64,000 bases of DNA from Antedon mediterranea (taxonomy: Eukaryota > Animalia > Echinodermata): the NCBI RefSeq assembly GCF_964355755.1, contig NC_092675.1, forward strand, positions 22,602,912 through 22,666,911. Direction: 5' to 3'. Below are positions 1 through 12,817 of the stretch, piece after piece. Position 1 is the stretch's first letter, and every line of letters starts with the position of its first letter. Made by a program: the position numbers and the translations under genes. Below the pieces are notes generated by a model. That model was not told the DNA's origin, did no database searches, and worked only from the letters and a program-made list of their open reading frames with translations.

Positions 1-624
1 GCTATGGCCCTGGCACCTCAAAGTTAGTTTGCCGTTTTGTAATGAAAATGGCACAAGGAGTAAATATTTGATTTACTGTATATGTTGAATGCTCAAATTT
101 TTAAACAACAGAATAAGATAAAAACAAAAAATATTACCGTAAAAAAAATGTACACAAGAAGGCCAAAGTTAGATCATGGCCACCGAAAGGGAAAGGAAGA
201 AAATGAAAACAGTACCGGACAGAATTATTGCAGATTTTGAACGCATTGCAGGCTTGACTTATAACTACAAGTTTCGGTCCCTGATGTAACATGACACAGC
301 CAATATATGGCCATTGGTTTGATTGCTGGCATGAAAATGTATAGCCCAAACATACGTCAACAAATGCCGCGGTACCTACAGTACTGTATGTGTGGCTATG
401 AAGTACAGTATATAGAGCATGTACTGTAGTTTTCATAGCCTCTGTTTTTTTTCCTAGGCCGTATGCCTTTAAGTTCAAGTCAGAAATCAATTATTTTTAA
501 ACATTTTATTTGTTTGTTAATGACGTCATCGATGTCACAACCCATTTGTAAAATCGAGGATTAGTAAACTGAACGTTCACAAATTACACTAATTTAAGGT
601 CACAAACTGCATTTTAAGTAAAAT

Positions 625-1075
625 GGGCCAGATTGATATTTTTGTATTTCTTCAGTGATTCACCCACTTTCGATCAATCGTAAAAGCCAAGAGAAATGGA
701 AGAATCTTAACTTTTCAGCGAAAATACTGCCCCAATTTGTATTAACAAATTCTGCCAAAAACAGAAAGACAATTAATGCAGCAACTCGACGTCAGGCTAG
801 GTCTATACATAGCTAGCGTATGATTATCGTATGTTACCGCTGTTTACCAGCTAGACCTACAGTAAAAATGACCATCCAAGAGAGGACATTTGATGTGAGC
901 TACTTAGGTACTGTACAGTACTGTATGTAGTGCACTGTTTCTCTCTTTTTATCATATTAAACCATAAAACATACATTTAAGACAAGGAATGACCTGGTTT
1001 AATGTTTTTAAATTAATATACTGTACATGCATTATTTTACAAAACGTCAACAATTGTAGGGATACAACAGTGTCT
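625..1075. mobile_element. Kolobok-like non-autonomous DNA transposon, right part (copy 1)
   Basis: Colinear with about 54288-54728; ends GTGTCT followed by TTAA (1076-1079). Confidence 0.65.
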
Positions 1076-1330
1076 TTAAGAAACAGTGCATGATTTGATA
1101 CGCAAGATGTCTGGTCAGTCTATTCATGGACATGGACACTTATTTCTCCATGGTCTATTAATAGGACATCATGTTTGGAGTCTTCTGACCGCTCTTCTAC
1201 AACATACCTCAAGGAAGCAACAAGGTACTGTTAAAAAAATTAATTGAGTTAATTTTGACTGGCGGAGGACTACGTTGTAAATTATGAGGAAAAAACATAA
1301 ATAGTATTTTTATAAACATAATTAGTCTAG

Positions 1331-1655
1331 TCGAGTGGCCGAGCCGCAAACCATAGCTGTATACAATCTTCACAGGTTCAAGACATTCCTCAACCATTGT
1401 TCTGGTGGTAGAACATGTCTTCTCGGATAAGGACTTAAAACTGGAGATCCAGTGTACACATCTGGCTTGTGTGCACTTTAAAGAACCCAGTACTGTACAT
1501 CTTTCGGAAGAGTAGGGGGGTTATCCCGCTGTATTGGCGTCCACACCTGTGCGCAATTCAGTCAAGTATTTACATAATTATTTGGTTACAATGCATTAAT
1601 CGTAATCTTTGTGCATATGTTTTTACCTAATCGACGGTGAATATAAATATAAATT
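1331..1655 (+). mobile_element. tRNA-derived Deu-domain SINE (copy 1)
   Basis: A-box-like TGGCCGAG; shared body TTCTCGGATAAGGACT..AAAC..TAAAGAACCCAG..AAGAGTAGGGG also at 22.6, 35.2 and 62.8 kb. Confidence 0.75.
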
Positions 1656-2913
1656 GTCCACGACTTTTGTTGCGAACTCTTGTCGTTGCACTCCTCGCCT
1701 GTTCTTGATAAATTCCCTTTGAAACCGACCACCTTAAGTTTTTTTCAACTTTACAGTAGATGTTGTCTGTCCACACATTTTTTTATGTAACTTGTCCTGG
1801 AGACATTTATAATACTTACTATATGAAAATATTAATTGAAATTAACATTACTGTAACTAACATTTCATTAGAAAAAATCCAAACCTTTTTGTAATGGAGG
1901 TGGGAATTTTCTGCACAGTAATTAAAATCACTTAGTAGAAAATTTGTAAAAGAATAAATATTTGTTATATACTGTATAGAGGCACAAAATTCTAAAAAAA
2001 TAATTTCAATATATTACTATTTGTTTTTTATTCATGGTTGTTTAGGTTATAATTAGACAGCTAGATTGAGCTAGCATAAATTATTTCTAATGAAATCCAT
2101 CAGTACTGAGAATATAAAGAAAATAAGCAAAAAATATGTTTTTTCTTGTAAATTGTAGGTTGAAACTTACATTTGACCACGCCTTGTACTGAAGTCTGTG
2201 TTCCATTTTTCATTGACAGGTTTTCAAGCCTTAGTTTAGTTCAAGTTAAGCCGCGGCCGAAGAACATGAAGTACTTGCCCAAAAAATTCTTTTCTAGCTA
2301 GTTTAGGCCTAGGTTAGCCTAGACCAAACTCTAGACAAGTGAGTACGGTAGTGTTTTTCCTACCTAGAGTGTTTGCTGGGCTACTCCATCCAAACCCTGT
2401 TCAGTAGTGTTATTGATCCAATTGTGGTTTCAGGCCTTATTTTACGATATAGTATTACTAGGCCTAGGAGTATAGTATTACTAAAGACGTAGGCCTCATC
2501 TACCTAGCTAACCCCTACTCTACTGTAGGCCTAGCCCTAATTTAATTAAATAATTTATAGCCTAAAAAAATATTAAATATATAGGTCTATGCCATCAAAA
2601 TAATGTCTACTTAATAATCTCTAATTCAATATTATTAGTACTAAACTACACAAAGTCTACTTACTACACCTACCTAACCCTACTATCGGGCTACCTAGGC
2701 TAGGCCTTCTAATTATAACTAGCTAGACTAGGCCTGCCTCCCACCTAGCCAAACGGCTAGACCTCCTACCTATAGAGGGCCGGCAAGGCCTAGCCAAGGC
2801 CCCTAGCTTGCCTCATACATAATTCTTTATTCCAACAACCCATCCAATAGCCTACGCTCTAGTTCAACTCATATTTGGCCCTAACTAATAGATAATTAAT
2901 GCATTATTCTAAC

Positions 2914-3090
2914 CCATTTTGGCTTCAATCTGATTGAACACTTTCACAACTCGAAATACTGATATGGGAGTAGCCTCTAAACTCAGTCTCTCCGATTTTT
3001 TCTAGCTGGTGTGTAATAACTATGAAGCACTTCCTGATGACGCTGTGCCAAAAACAAAATGGCTACGGTTCGCTTCCTTCCGCTTGACAG
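2914..3090 (-). promoter_or_regulatory. Candidate promoter/first exon of a neighbouring minus-strand gene
   Basis: ETS-like CACTTCCTG, TGACG and YY1-like AAAATGGC clustered at about 3028-3063 in a CpG-richer patch; gccaaaATGG|gttaga at 2917-2914; strong donor gtaagt after 2171. Confidence 0.35.
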
Positions 3091-3795
3091 ATTTTCGTAA
3101 AACCATACGAATCAAACCCGATTAAAAATTCAGAGTATTCGTAACAATACAAAAGACACTGGGATACTTTTTTGAAGAATACTTCCTACGCAAAAAGTAC
3201 GTGTGTATCACACCGTAACTGTGGCCTTGACTGCTGAAAGTCGTTGTTGTATAAAAGAAGGCGGCAATCCGCGTGGTGCCGCGGACCACCAGATTCTCTC
3301 AGTATTTTAATGTCGCGCGGTTTTTATGTTGTGTCCACGCGTCTAGAGTAAGTTTGGTGGGCGGTTTGTACTCAGTTACACCACGCACATCGATCACCTA
3401 AATATAAAAGGGGAGTGGGGTTGGTTGTTGTAACCGTAAAAGGGTCTTCTTTTTTTAAGCCTCCCTGGTAATGGTGGAGGGGTTTAAATTTTGGAAAAAG
3501 AGCATTTGGATCCACTTTTTAATGATGGGGGACCAACTAATTTACAAAGCGTAGGCCTACTATAAATCTAAATCAAATTTTATAGTATGTGATTAACATG
3601 GTGATTGACAGGCGGTATCCATATCTCCAGCCCCGCCGGACATGAATTTATCTTAAAATGGTCATGGTTTTTTTTTTGCCACACTGTTTATAATTTTTTC
3701 CCCTAAAAAATGCTTCTCTGTTACTATAGTTACAAAAAAGAATGGAGATGTTAATGTGCTCCTTAGGAATGACGGCTAAAATGGGTTAAAATTAT

Positions 3796-4580
3796 CGCTG
3801 TGGCTAAAGATACGGTACCGTATTCTAACTTCTGTTTACTAAAGATACGGTAAAATTGCATTACGTCATAACCAGCCAATGGGGTGCTGGTACGTGTGTG
3901 ACGTCATATCGCGAAAACCATGGAGGTATGGCGAAAACAGTGATCAACCGCATTTTCTTTATGCTTTATTTATCGCTATTATCGCCGTCGTGTGTGACAA
4001 AAACTAAATGTAGCCTACGTCTGTTATTATTATTGAAAAGCCATGTTGATTTTAATTCTAGAATAGAGAAAACCGTTTTAAAAGAGGCCTAGGCCTACTT
4101 ACTACGTACTATGTATAACCTCATTATATGAGTTTGTTTGTGAAGGGAAAGCGATTCCAGGCTGTGGCCAGCTGCATATGTGTGCGCTGATTTCTGTGAC
4201 TCGTCAGCCCTGGGGCTACACTGCTGTCTAAATCATAGTATTTAAGGGCTCCTTTATTGTCCGCATTTGCTTGTTGTTTATGGTCACCATTGTAAACAAA
4301 GTTTTAAAAAAATATAGGCCTAAATAGGCCATTTGGAATAAAAATAAAACCCTCATCTGCAGCCCAGCACACACATCCACGCAGCCTGGCGCCGCCGATA
4401 GGAATTCTCTACATATATACAACCAACAACAGACGCGATATGAAAACAAAATCCCAAGTCCTTATACGATGACGTCACACACGTACCAGCACCCCATTGG
4501 CTGATTATGACGTAATGCAATTTTACCGTACCTTTAGTAAACAGAAGTTAGAATACGGTACCGTATCTTTAGCCACGGCG
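3796..4580. mobile_element. Mutator-like (MULE) non-autonomous element
   Basis: About 110-bp near-perfect terminal inverted repeats (CGCTGTGGCTAAAGATACGGTACCG... / ...CGGTACCGTATCTTTAGCCACGGCG); 9-bp target duplication TAAAATTAT at 3787-3795 and 4581-4589. Confidence 0.88.
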
Positions 4581-5134
4581 TAAAATTATACACTTTTAAC
4601 ATGATTAATAAACATGCCACGTTTGTGTATCTTATTTAATGTTATTCTATTGTATATAGGTAGTGTGTACAGAGAGCTTCAATATATTTCATATATTTGT
4701 ATTTTTCTTCAATTAAAGACCATTTTTGTTAAATAAACTTCAAATGTATCATTTTTAGGTAGGGTAGAACAGCCATTGAAAATTTGTAAGAACGTCAGAC
4801 TACTGTAATTACACCAGTTTTTGTTACACACAAATTTTTTAATGATTTATATTTTATATGTAGGGCCTATTTTTTACCATTTGTAAATTTTGAATCAATT
4901 CAATTTATTAAACTGCAGGATGAAAATGTTTTTTAATCAATAAACCAGAAATGAATGAAAGGACAAACAACCAGGTAACATTTACCTTGCCATACTAATC
5001 ATATATGCATGGTATTATCCAGGGTTTCCCTCGGGTAGGGGTTTATGATATAAAATGATATGACATCAAGTGCATGTTATTAACATGGCTTAGTGATAAA
5101 TTTAACTTTCCAGAAACAAGTTAAAATCAGTTAA

Positions 5135-5474
5135 AGATTGTCCCCCTAAAAAAAATTATTTTTTAATTTTTTTGTTGAATATGTTATTTAATGGTCACAT
5201 AATAGTTATTCACTCTCACAAAAAATTGGGTCTGAACAAAATTTATTTACCTGAGAAAAATGTAATTTAAAGCAAAAAATGGTCAAATTGTCTCGAAGAC
5301 AATGAGTTTTGGGGTAATTTAACTGTTTATTTTGTCTTTTTATAGGTGAAATAATTTTTTCCCCCGTTTTTTTTCTTATGGAAGTGAACAACTTCATTAA
5401 AACTGCAAAATGGCCTATTCAAAGTCCGATTTTAAAAATCTTTATTTTTCATGATTTTGGGGGACAATACATCT
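5135..5474. mobile_element. Kolobok-like MITE
   Basis: TTAA|AGATTGTCCCCC ... GGGGGACAATACATCT|TTAA. Confidence 0.6.
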
Positions 5475-7552
5475 TTAAAATATAAGTTGTTAAACTTTAA
5501 CATTCTAAACCATCAATCGTCAGCTTCAACGCCACAAAACAACAGAGGTCTTCGGTTTCAGAAACAACAAAAATGTATAAAATGTACAATTAAATGTCAC
5601 AATAACATTAAATATAATGTTAGCATGTATTTGATCAGATAACATTTTATATCATAACGAAAAGTAAAATTAGCGACCGGGCCCTAGACCCTTCAATAAA
5701 ACAATTCTGACTAATTTCCAAACTGGTCTTTTTGGCCCTGGAGTGTTTATAATTAGAGATTACAGCTACTAAAGACCACTACAACCTGGGTCCCAAAAGT
5801 GGTCTTTAATTTGAGGTATACCTGTATTATATTATAAAATTAGGACAAAGTAGTTGGGAGAAACAGACTTGATTATAGGTAAAGTAAATGTGGTTACAAC
5901 CATTTTAAACAATAGAAATTTTAAACCCGGAGTTGACCTTTTAATCTATTTTAAATTTTCGCTATTTCGATTTCAACTACAATGTTTACCGTTTCCCAAG
6001 TGAACTGCATATTAAGCTATGTCTACACTATAAACATAATGTGACAAAAAAATGTGAGTATGCCTAAATATGGTAGTGATATGTGTGTTATATGTAAATT
6101 TGATCATTGATGATTCCAGTACTATCTATTTTTACCCATATACAGTAAATGGCATGCAGTCCATTTAAGAAAAATTTAAATTTGTCAAAATCAACTTGTT
6201 CATGAGAAAAAGGCATATTTGTTGTTAACAAAAGTTGTTTCTACAACATGCTATACCCTAGCCACTTGATATCACATGGAAAGTGATATGGTTTCATCCA
6301 ACAACATCTTTATTTGTGCACACTATTTTAATTTCCTAACTTTTAACATCCAAGGATGGAAGCAGAGGGGTTTTGTGTTGACTATAAAAATTGAAATAAA
6401 ATAATAATAAATATCAATTTACTTTTAAAAAAGAAGTTGAAAGATTGACTGTTCTATTCACCTTGTTGATTGAAACAATCTATGTTCCAACAAATGTAGA
6501 CAATCACTATTTGCAATTTTAAACATGGAGTCGACACGGTGATAAAAATTGCCAGTAATTGTCAATAATAATGCAAAAATTGATTACAAAATAAAAAGAT
6601 TGATATATTATGGATTAGTCAATCATGACAAACACAATATTTAAACATTTTCATAGAAAATCTGGAAATTATATGAAATGAATAATAATAATTAATGGCA
6701 CTTTTAATATTCCAAGATTATTAAAAAAACAAAAACTAGAATTTTCAGTTTTTATATACAAGAGTGCAATAACAAATGACGGCTTGATCAAATTTGTTTA
6801 ATTATTTCTAATATACAATAACAATAAATAAAGTTTAAACATCCCATTTTGTGCTGTTGGAAGAGACAACTACCAAATAAGACCATATATTTAATACCAC
6901 CAATTTACATTTACAATAGTATAAAATATGCTCTCTATTAGACATGGACTCTATAGTCGAATAATCTACTTTATTTTTCACACATTATTCAGAGATCTAT
7001 TTAATATGTAATAAATAATGATTTATTTTGGATTAGTAATACAATTCATCCCTTACTGTATAGCTACGCTCATGAATTTATTAAGATTTTACACAATGAA
7101 TATTTATGTTTTATTCGTGACATACTGTACATTGTGTATAATACACACCTTATTTTAGCCTCTAACATTAATTGTTAAATCCCCATGTTTAGTTACATAA
7201 ACTATTGCTATAACTCATCTTTAAAGTACATTCCAACGATAAACGATAATTAATGTACAGTTATACGGTACCAAAAATAAAACCATGGTCATATACCTGG
7301 TTAGTGTGACCAGTAAAAGTGCTGCAGGCAACTCCCTGAAAAATACAGAACCCTAGGCTGCCTACAATGTCCAGATTCAAAGCTGTACATAGTCTGTTTT
7401 TGTTTATTTTTTGCAGAATTTATCTTTTAAGAGTAGAAATTAATTTGAGACATTACAGAATGTTTTAATTCAGTTAACATTCTGGATTTAGGAGATTCAG
7501 AACAGATTTACCAAATGATGGGTATCAAAAGAATGAACATTTCAAGAGTGTG

Positions 7553-7785
7553 TTAAACCAAGGAATTCTAATAACAGGATGGTGAGCTCGACTCGAAGAA
7601 AATCATACGATCTTTTACCCAAATACATTTAAATAGCATTAAAAAATTCAGCGTATGATGTACACCTAGATTTTGACAGTTTTGTATGAATTCGTCAAAG
7701 CCTAACCGCAGATCAAAATCTGTTCTTATAGCCTATCTTGGCAAGTTAAGCTCAGCGTCCTGTTGTTTGATTGCCTTAGTTAAAC
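7553..7785. mobile_element. Degenerate MITE
   Basis: About 40-bp imperfect inverted ends: AACCAAGGAATTCTAATAACAGGATGGTGAGCT / AGCTCAGCGTCCTGTTGTTTGATTGCCTTAGTT. Confidence 0.5.
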
Positions 7786-7953
7786 TTTGAGAATAAATTA
7801 CAGTTTTTCTTGGCATCAAAAACAAGTATAGAAATATAAAAAAAGTCTGGTTAAATGGAATTCACAAAAAAATAAATGACAGGGTCTATTGGAATACCAT
7901 TTAATTGAATTTACAGTATATTTTAGCTACAATGCAAAGTAACAGTTGTTTTT

Positions 7954-8270
7954 TAAAGCCTTTTGTTCACATCGGACTTCAAATATGGTAAATTTGACCC
8001 AAGGTCATCAGTAAACTTGACCATTGTTTGCACTATAATTTAACCTGGTTAGTTTTATCAAAATCTAACCATGACAATCCGATTGGACTTTTTTTATCCC
8101 GCATCGTTAATTTACCAGTAAGTTATACTGTGGTCAGGTAGTGGTTGGTAAAATTAATTGTCTTGGTTAATATAACTTTTTGGGGAACTTAAGCCAGTTT
8201 TCACGGATTTAAATTGGCGAATGAAATGAGTTAATTTGACCATAATTGAATCCAGTGTGATCAAGGCATT
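7954..8270. mobile_element. Degenerate Harbinger-like MITE
   Basis: GCCTTTTGTTCACATCGGACTTCAA ... TTGAATCCAGTGTGATCAAGGC imperfect inverted ends. Confidence 0.45.
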
Positions 8271-8429
8271 GTACTGCAAGTAATTTTATCATGGACTGAT
8301 TTGAACCATCAGCTCACAGTGGTGGAAATTGTTAACTGCTGTCTGTATAGGCATACTGTATAGCACGGCACTGAATTCTAAACTGAATATTAACTTATCT
8401 CGACTAGCACAAACTGCCACAGACACAGG

Positions 8430-8735
8430 GTGTTATTTTAACTCATCATCATAACCAGCACAGAATGTGGAACATACTTCTCTACTGATTCTAACATGTA
8501 TTCATTGACACAGAATATCAGACACATTAAGTGCTAACTGGTTTAGCATCTATTTTCAAAGAATAGTGGGCCAAGTATTCAGTTATTTTAACACATCACA
8601 CCAGAAGAGAAAGTGGAATACAGGTTTTAACTGATTCTAACTGGTATTCATTGACACAGGATACAGTATCAGGGTTATACCTAGTACATGATCAGACTGT
8701 GCTAACAAATTTACTCTAGCATATTTCCAGACACA
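8430..8735. repeat. Degenerate tandem duplication of about 150 bp in the presumed PDE4 3' UTR
   Basis: GTTATTTTAAC.CATCA...GTGGAA.A.A...ACTGATTCTAAC..GTATTCATTGACACAG.ATA occurs twice, from about 8432 and 8582. Confidence 0.6.
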
Positions 8736-9880
8736 AATGCTAATTATCATGTTACACAAAACTTACTAATAGTGGGCATGACATTTGTACAGCAGTTAAT
8801 GCGAATACAACCCCTACTATGGTTTCCAAACAATAACAAATGAAAATTCTTTCAGTCAATGTATAATGTATAAAGTGTGTTGTTAGTATTGAAAAAGTAC
8901 CGAGTGTACAGTTGTTAGAATAGCAAGTGTTCCCTCTTGTTAATTTAGAAGGCTGTAGTACATTATTTGCCCAAATAAAATTGTCTCTCCAAAAGTGTAT
9001 GCTACTGTGCCACATGATAACAGCTATTGATTGTATTTGTTTTATAGTACATTTGTTATCTGCTGTTAGTGTTGAAGTTGTAGCAAACTATTATGTACAT
9101 ACCTACTTTTGTAATTATTAAACTCCATAGAGCAGTTTTCTCAAAGAAAGTTAATTAGACATTGGTTTTGGTGTGGGGTTTGATGGGTTTTGCCTATTGC
9201 AGAAGTTACTGTATATTCAAACCCTTATTGGACATATTTTCTTAAATACATATTGATCTATAAATCTCTATGAAGAGTCTTTCGATAGTAAAAGCTACTG
9301 TGATCTGCCTTCTTGAGTAAAGTGCTCTTGTGTAAAGTTTTCTTGACGAGGAATGTTCAGATCTATGAAGTTATTTTTTCACAATTAGGGTCGTAACAAC
9401 AAAGTGTTCAAACTCAATTAACTAATACTTTTGTAACAAACTGACCCTGTCACAGGTTGGGGTTATACATCTGTTATACAGTTTTATTGGTTGGAGGTAA
9501 AAATGGTTGATGCATGACTTTCGTATCATAAGTGTTGTACATTAATCTTGTACAGTACCTTGAGATTTGGTAACAAACAAAAGGTTAGTGTCATAAGAGG
9601 TGACTTCCAGAAGTATTGTTCTGGTTCAGACCTATAGAGCTGTACGCTACTTACATTAGAATAACTCCTTAGTTCTGAACAGGCCCTTAGTAGATGTTAC
9701 TGTTGTTAGTAAAGTTATCCCAAAACCTTTATAGTACATATTTTCAATATTATTGTTCAGCACTATAAATTAACAACCATTTGAATTCTACAATAATGAT
9801 GAATTTAGTTGTGTTAAAATTTACATCTTTCCATAAACTGAACTTGATTGTCTTTTCAAAACTTGAATCATAACATATAA

Positions 9881-10270
9881 CTATAAACGTGGTATGGTCA
9901 ATTTCGACTCTATTGTTAAAGGAGTGTCATTTGTTGTGAATGGTGAATTTGAGGATTCACCTTTCACCAAAGTAGCCACTGAGTCTGTGTCAGAAAGAAC
10001 TAAATCGTCTTCTGTTATTTGCAATTCAAATGCATCAACGTTTTCATCCCCGACATCACCTTTATCCTCGTCAAGCAGGAGATCAAACTGGAACTTTTCT
10101 GAAGATTCTGCTGTGGTGGCAAGCTCTTGTGAGGGTGGACTGTTCGGTATTTGACTCTGGTACCAATCTCGATTCTCTTCTAGATTGTCAAGAATATTCT
10201 GTGCATCAGGATACACGAGATCTGCCCATGTTTCCCACAACGGGTGAACAATATAATCAATAAAGCCAAC
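9881..10270 (-). CDS. PDE4: PDE4 last coding exon (end of catalytic domain plus acidic C-tail)
   Basis: Acceptor tttacag| then [46 protein letters not shown]...EKFQFDL...TIPRL; TAG at 9881-9883. Classic PDE4 sequence. Confidence 0.97.
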   Translation of the reverse strand, partial: VGFIDYIVHPLWETWADLVYPDAQNILDNLEENRDWYQSQIPNSPPSQELATTAESSEKFQFDLLLDEDKGDVGDENVDAFELQITEDDLVLSDTDSVATLVKGESSNSPFTTNDTPLTIESKLTIPRL

Positions 10271-10666
10271 CTGTAAATAAATATAAATATTCCAAGTATG
10301 TACACTTATTTTTCAATTCTATTGCATGTTGAAATAGATAAAACGGTTAGTGGAAATGTGTGAATGCAAATAAGTTTTGTTTAGATCATACTGTTGGTAT
10401 GTTAGATAAGTGAATGAAAGTACAACATAGATACATGTAGACAAGATGGTTCTCAGGCCTTTTCACACACAAGTCTGATTAACACAATCTTAACACACCC
10501 TGGGGAATGGGTACTCTTGTTTAGCCTGTATTTTTTACATGTAGTACATGACTAAATCTACCTAAAATCCACTAGCTAACCTATTTTTAAAATGCCTAAA
10601 GTGAATTTATCTATGTACTGTAGCTACAGCAACTAATTTGATATAATACCTCTGATATAGCATAGA

Positions 10667-10990
10667 TAAAGCCTGTTTTCCTGTCGATCGTTAAGTTGCG
10701 TTGAGTTGACATATTCAACGATTTGACAGGAAAAGGGAGTAAAAATTTACGTTATAAATCGTTAAAATCTTCAATCGTTAAAGTTGAACTCGTATTACGA
10801 TCATTAAAACTGACCAATCAAATGGTTTACAAATTGCGTCGACCTCGGGAGAACCAAGAAACTATGAACGATCGCGTAAAAATGTGTAAATATTAGCGGT
10901 CCGGCTCGATCATCGTCATCGCTATTTTATTTTCAACTTCAACGATTTTAAACTCAACGCAACTTAACGTCGACAGGAAAACAGGCTTTA
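10667..10990. mobile_element. Harbinger-like MITE
   Basis: TAAAGCCTGTTTTCCTGTCGATCGTTAAGTTGCGTTGAGTT ... AACTCAACGCAACTTAACGTCGACAGGAAAACAGGCTTTA. Confidence 0.85.
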
Positions 10991-11223
10991 ATAACTGCAA
11001 GATAGCTGACCTTTTTATAAACATAACTAAACCTAGCCCTTCAAGTAATCTCTATCAACTAGAATTGTTTAACACATCTAGCTATCTGTTTGCTACTTAC
11101 CGTTATAGCAAGTGTATCAATTTTTATGCTATTTTCATTCTAAAAGCAATCCTTTGCCTGAGTCCTATTTATACTGTATGTCTATTAAAAGTATGCAATT
11201 TATATGCAGTTCTAATCTATTAC

Positions 11224-11406
11224 CTGCGTTTTCTCAACAGATGCATTATGTCTATCCATCATTGGACTGATATCCATTTTTTTTTCACGTTCTAAATCCC
11301 CTTGAGTGAAAAACTCTTCCATAATTTGATCTGTCCACTTGCGGTAGGTTGACAAAACCTTGGCTGGGTTCCCTAGATCTGCACAGTGAATCACGTTTTT
11401 CAGAAC
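11224..11406 (-). CDS. PDE4: PDE4 catalytic exon, 183 nt
   Basis: aaag|[16 protein letters not shown]...[38 protein letters not shown]|gtaat; contains the metal-binding Asp and the invariant Gln. Confidence 0.97.
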
Positions 11407-11881
11407 CTTTTTATAAAAAAACAAATTATATCTTGTTAAAATGATAGCATACAGTAGCATGTTTACAATGTTATCTTTCCAGATCCAGATCTTTGTATCA
11501 CATAAACAAGAACAATTCCAGTAATGGCACAGTAGCGTAACTACCAGTAACTAGAGTCAAATCCTGTCTCAGCGATAGGAAACATTTTTACAGACCTCCC
11601 AAATCTTCTAATAATCACAGGAGTTTTGTGATATTTCAATTCATTCTGCTTCTTGCTACACTAAATATTTATGAAATTTGGCTAAGGCATTGCATAGTTG
11701 TATGGTCTGAAACATTTTTTTGTTTTATTATTTTTATTATATACTTTTGTGAATATATACATGAATGAATTTGTACATATTTATATTAAATATAGTTATT
11801 TTAGTTATATTATAAAAATAGTTACTAAAATTGTGAAAAAAAACATACTTTATGAATTTCAATGAGTAAAAGCTAGCCTTA

Positions 11882-12034
<153 letters not shown>

Positions 12035-12662
12035 CTAGAAATTAAACAAGAAATTTACAAGAGTGTGATGGATATGTTGGCTACCATGCTATGACACACA
12101 ATGACATTAATGTATGCGTTTTTGTTTTTGTTCTAATATACAAAAAGATAAATTAGCTTTAGTATGTGAATGTCAAGATTTACAAACCAAGTATATAATG
12201 AATATAATCTGTAGTAAAACACAGCAGCAAGAATCACTAGGAAGGAGGTTCATCAGAAGCGAACCCCCCCATTTAAATACAATGTAATTATACCTTAATT
12301 TAGCCTAGCATTATACAAAACAATTTTATTTCGATGAATTACACATATAAAGTAGTAGCACTGCTGATATTTTTAGTATAAAGATGCAATGTTGGGGTTC
12401 AAGTACAGGTTCATATTCTCAAAATATTTTCATACATATTATTATTATGAAGAATTTGTATTTATTATATACCGACATTATGTACTACATGGATGACATA
12501 GTCTAAAGGCTATAAAATAAAAGGGTTAGGAGAATGATATAAACTGTACTGGATCATCATCAGGCGCGGATTTAGATTTTAAACAGGGTTTACCCCCCCC
12601 CCCCCCCCCATATTTATGAAATATTTAGAATTCATACTTAAAACGATAAATATATTACATAC

Positions 12663-12817
12663 CATGTCTATACTTATTTTGCGTAACGTTTGGAACTGTT
12701 TCGTTGTCAATGTTTCAAAGATATTGCAGTTCTCACATTGAATAAGCTTAAATGCCACAGCTAAGGAATGGTTCTCCAGCACCGACTCATCATTGTACAT
12801 AATAGCAAGTTCAGAAC
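12663..12817 (-). CDS. PDE4: PDE4 catalytic exon, 155 nt
   Basis: caaag|(S)[51 protein letters not shown]|gtatgt. Confidence 0.96.

Noticed and set aside
134-490. 118-aa minus-strand ORF
   Set aside because: Non-ATG start, no recognisable domain, adjacent to or within transposon-derived sequence.
9820-9883. Stop-codon readthrough of PDE4
   Set aside because: TAG-TTA is not a leaky context and the next in-frame stop comes 20 codons later.
9894-10263. Plus-strand ORFs overlapping the last PDE4 exon
   Set aside because: Antisense shadows of the real coding exon.
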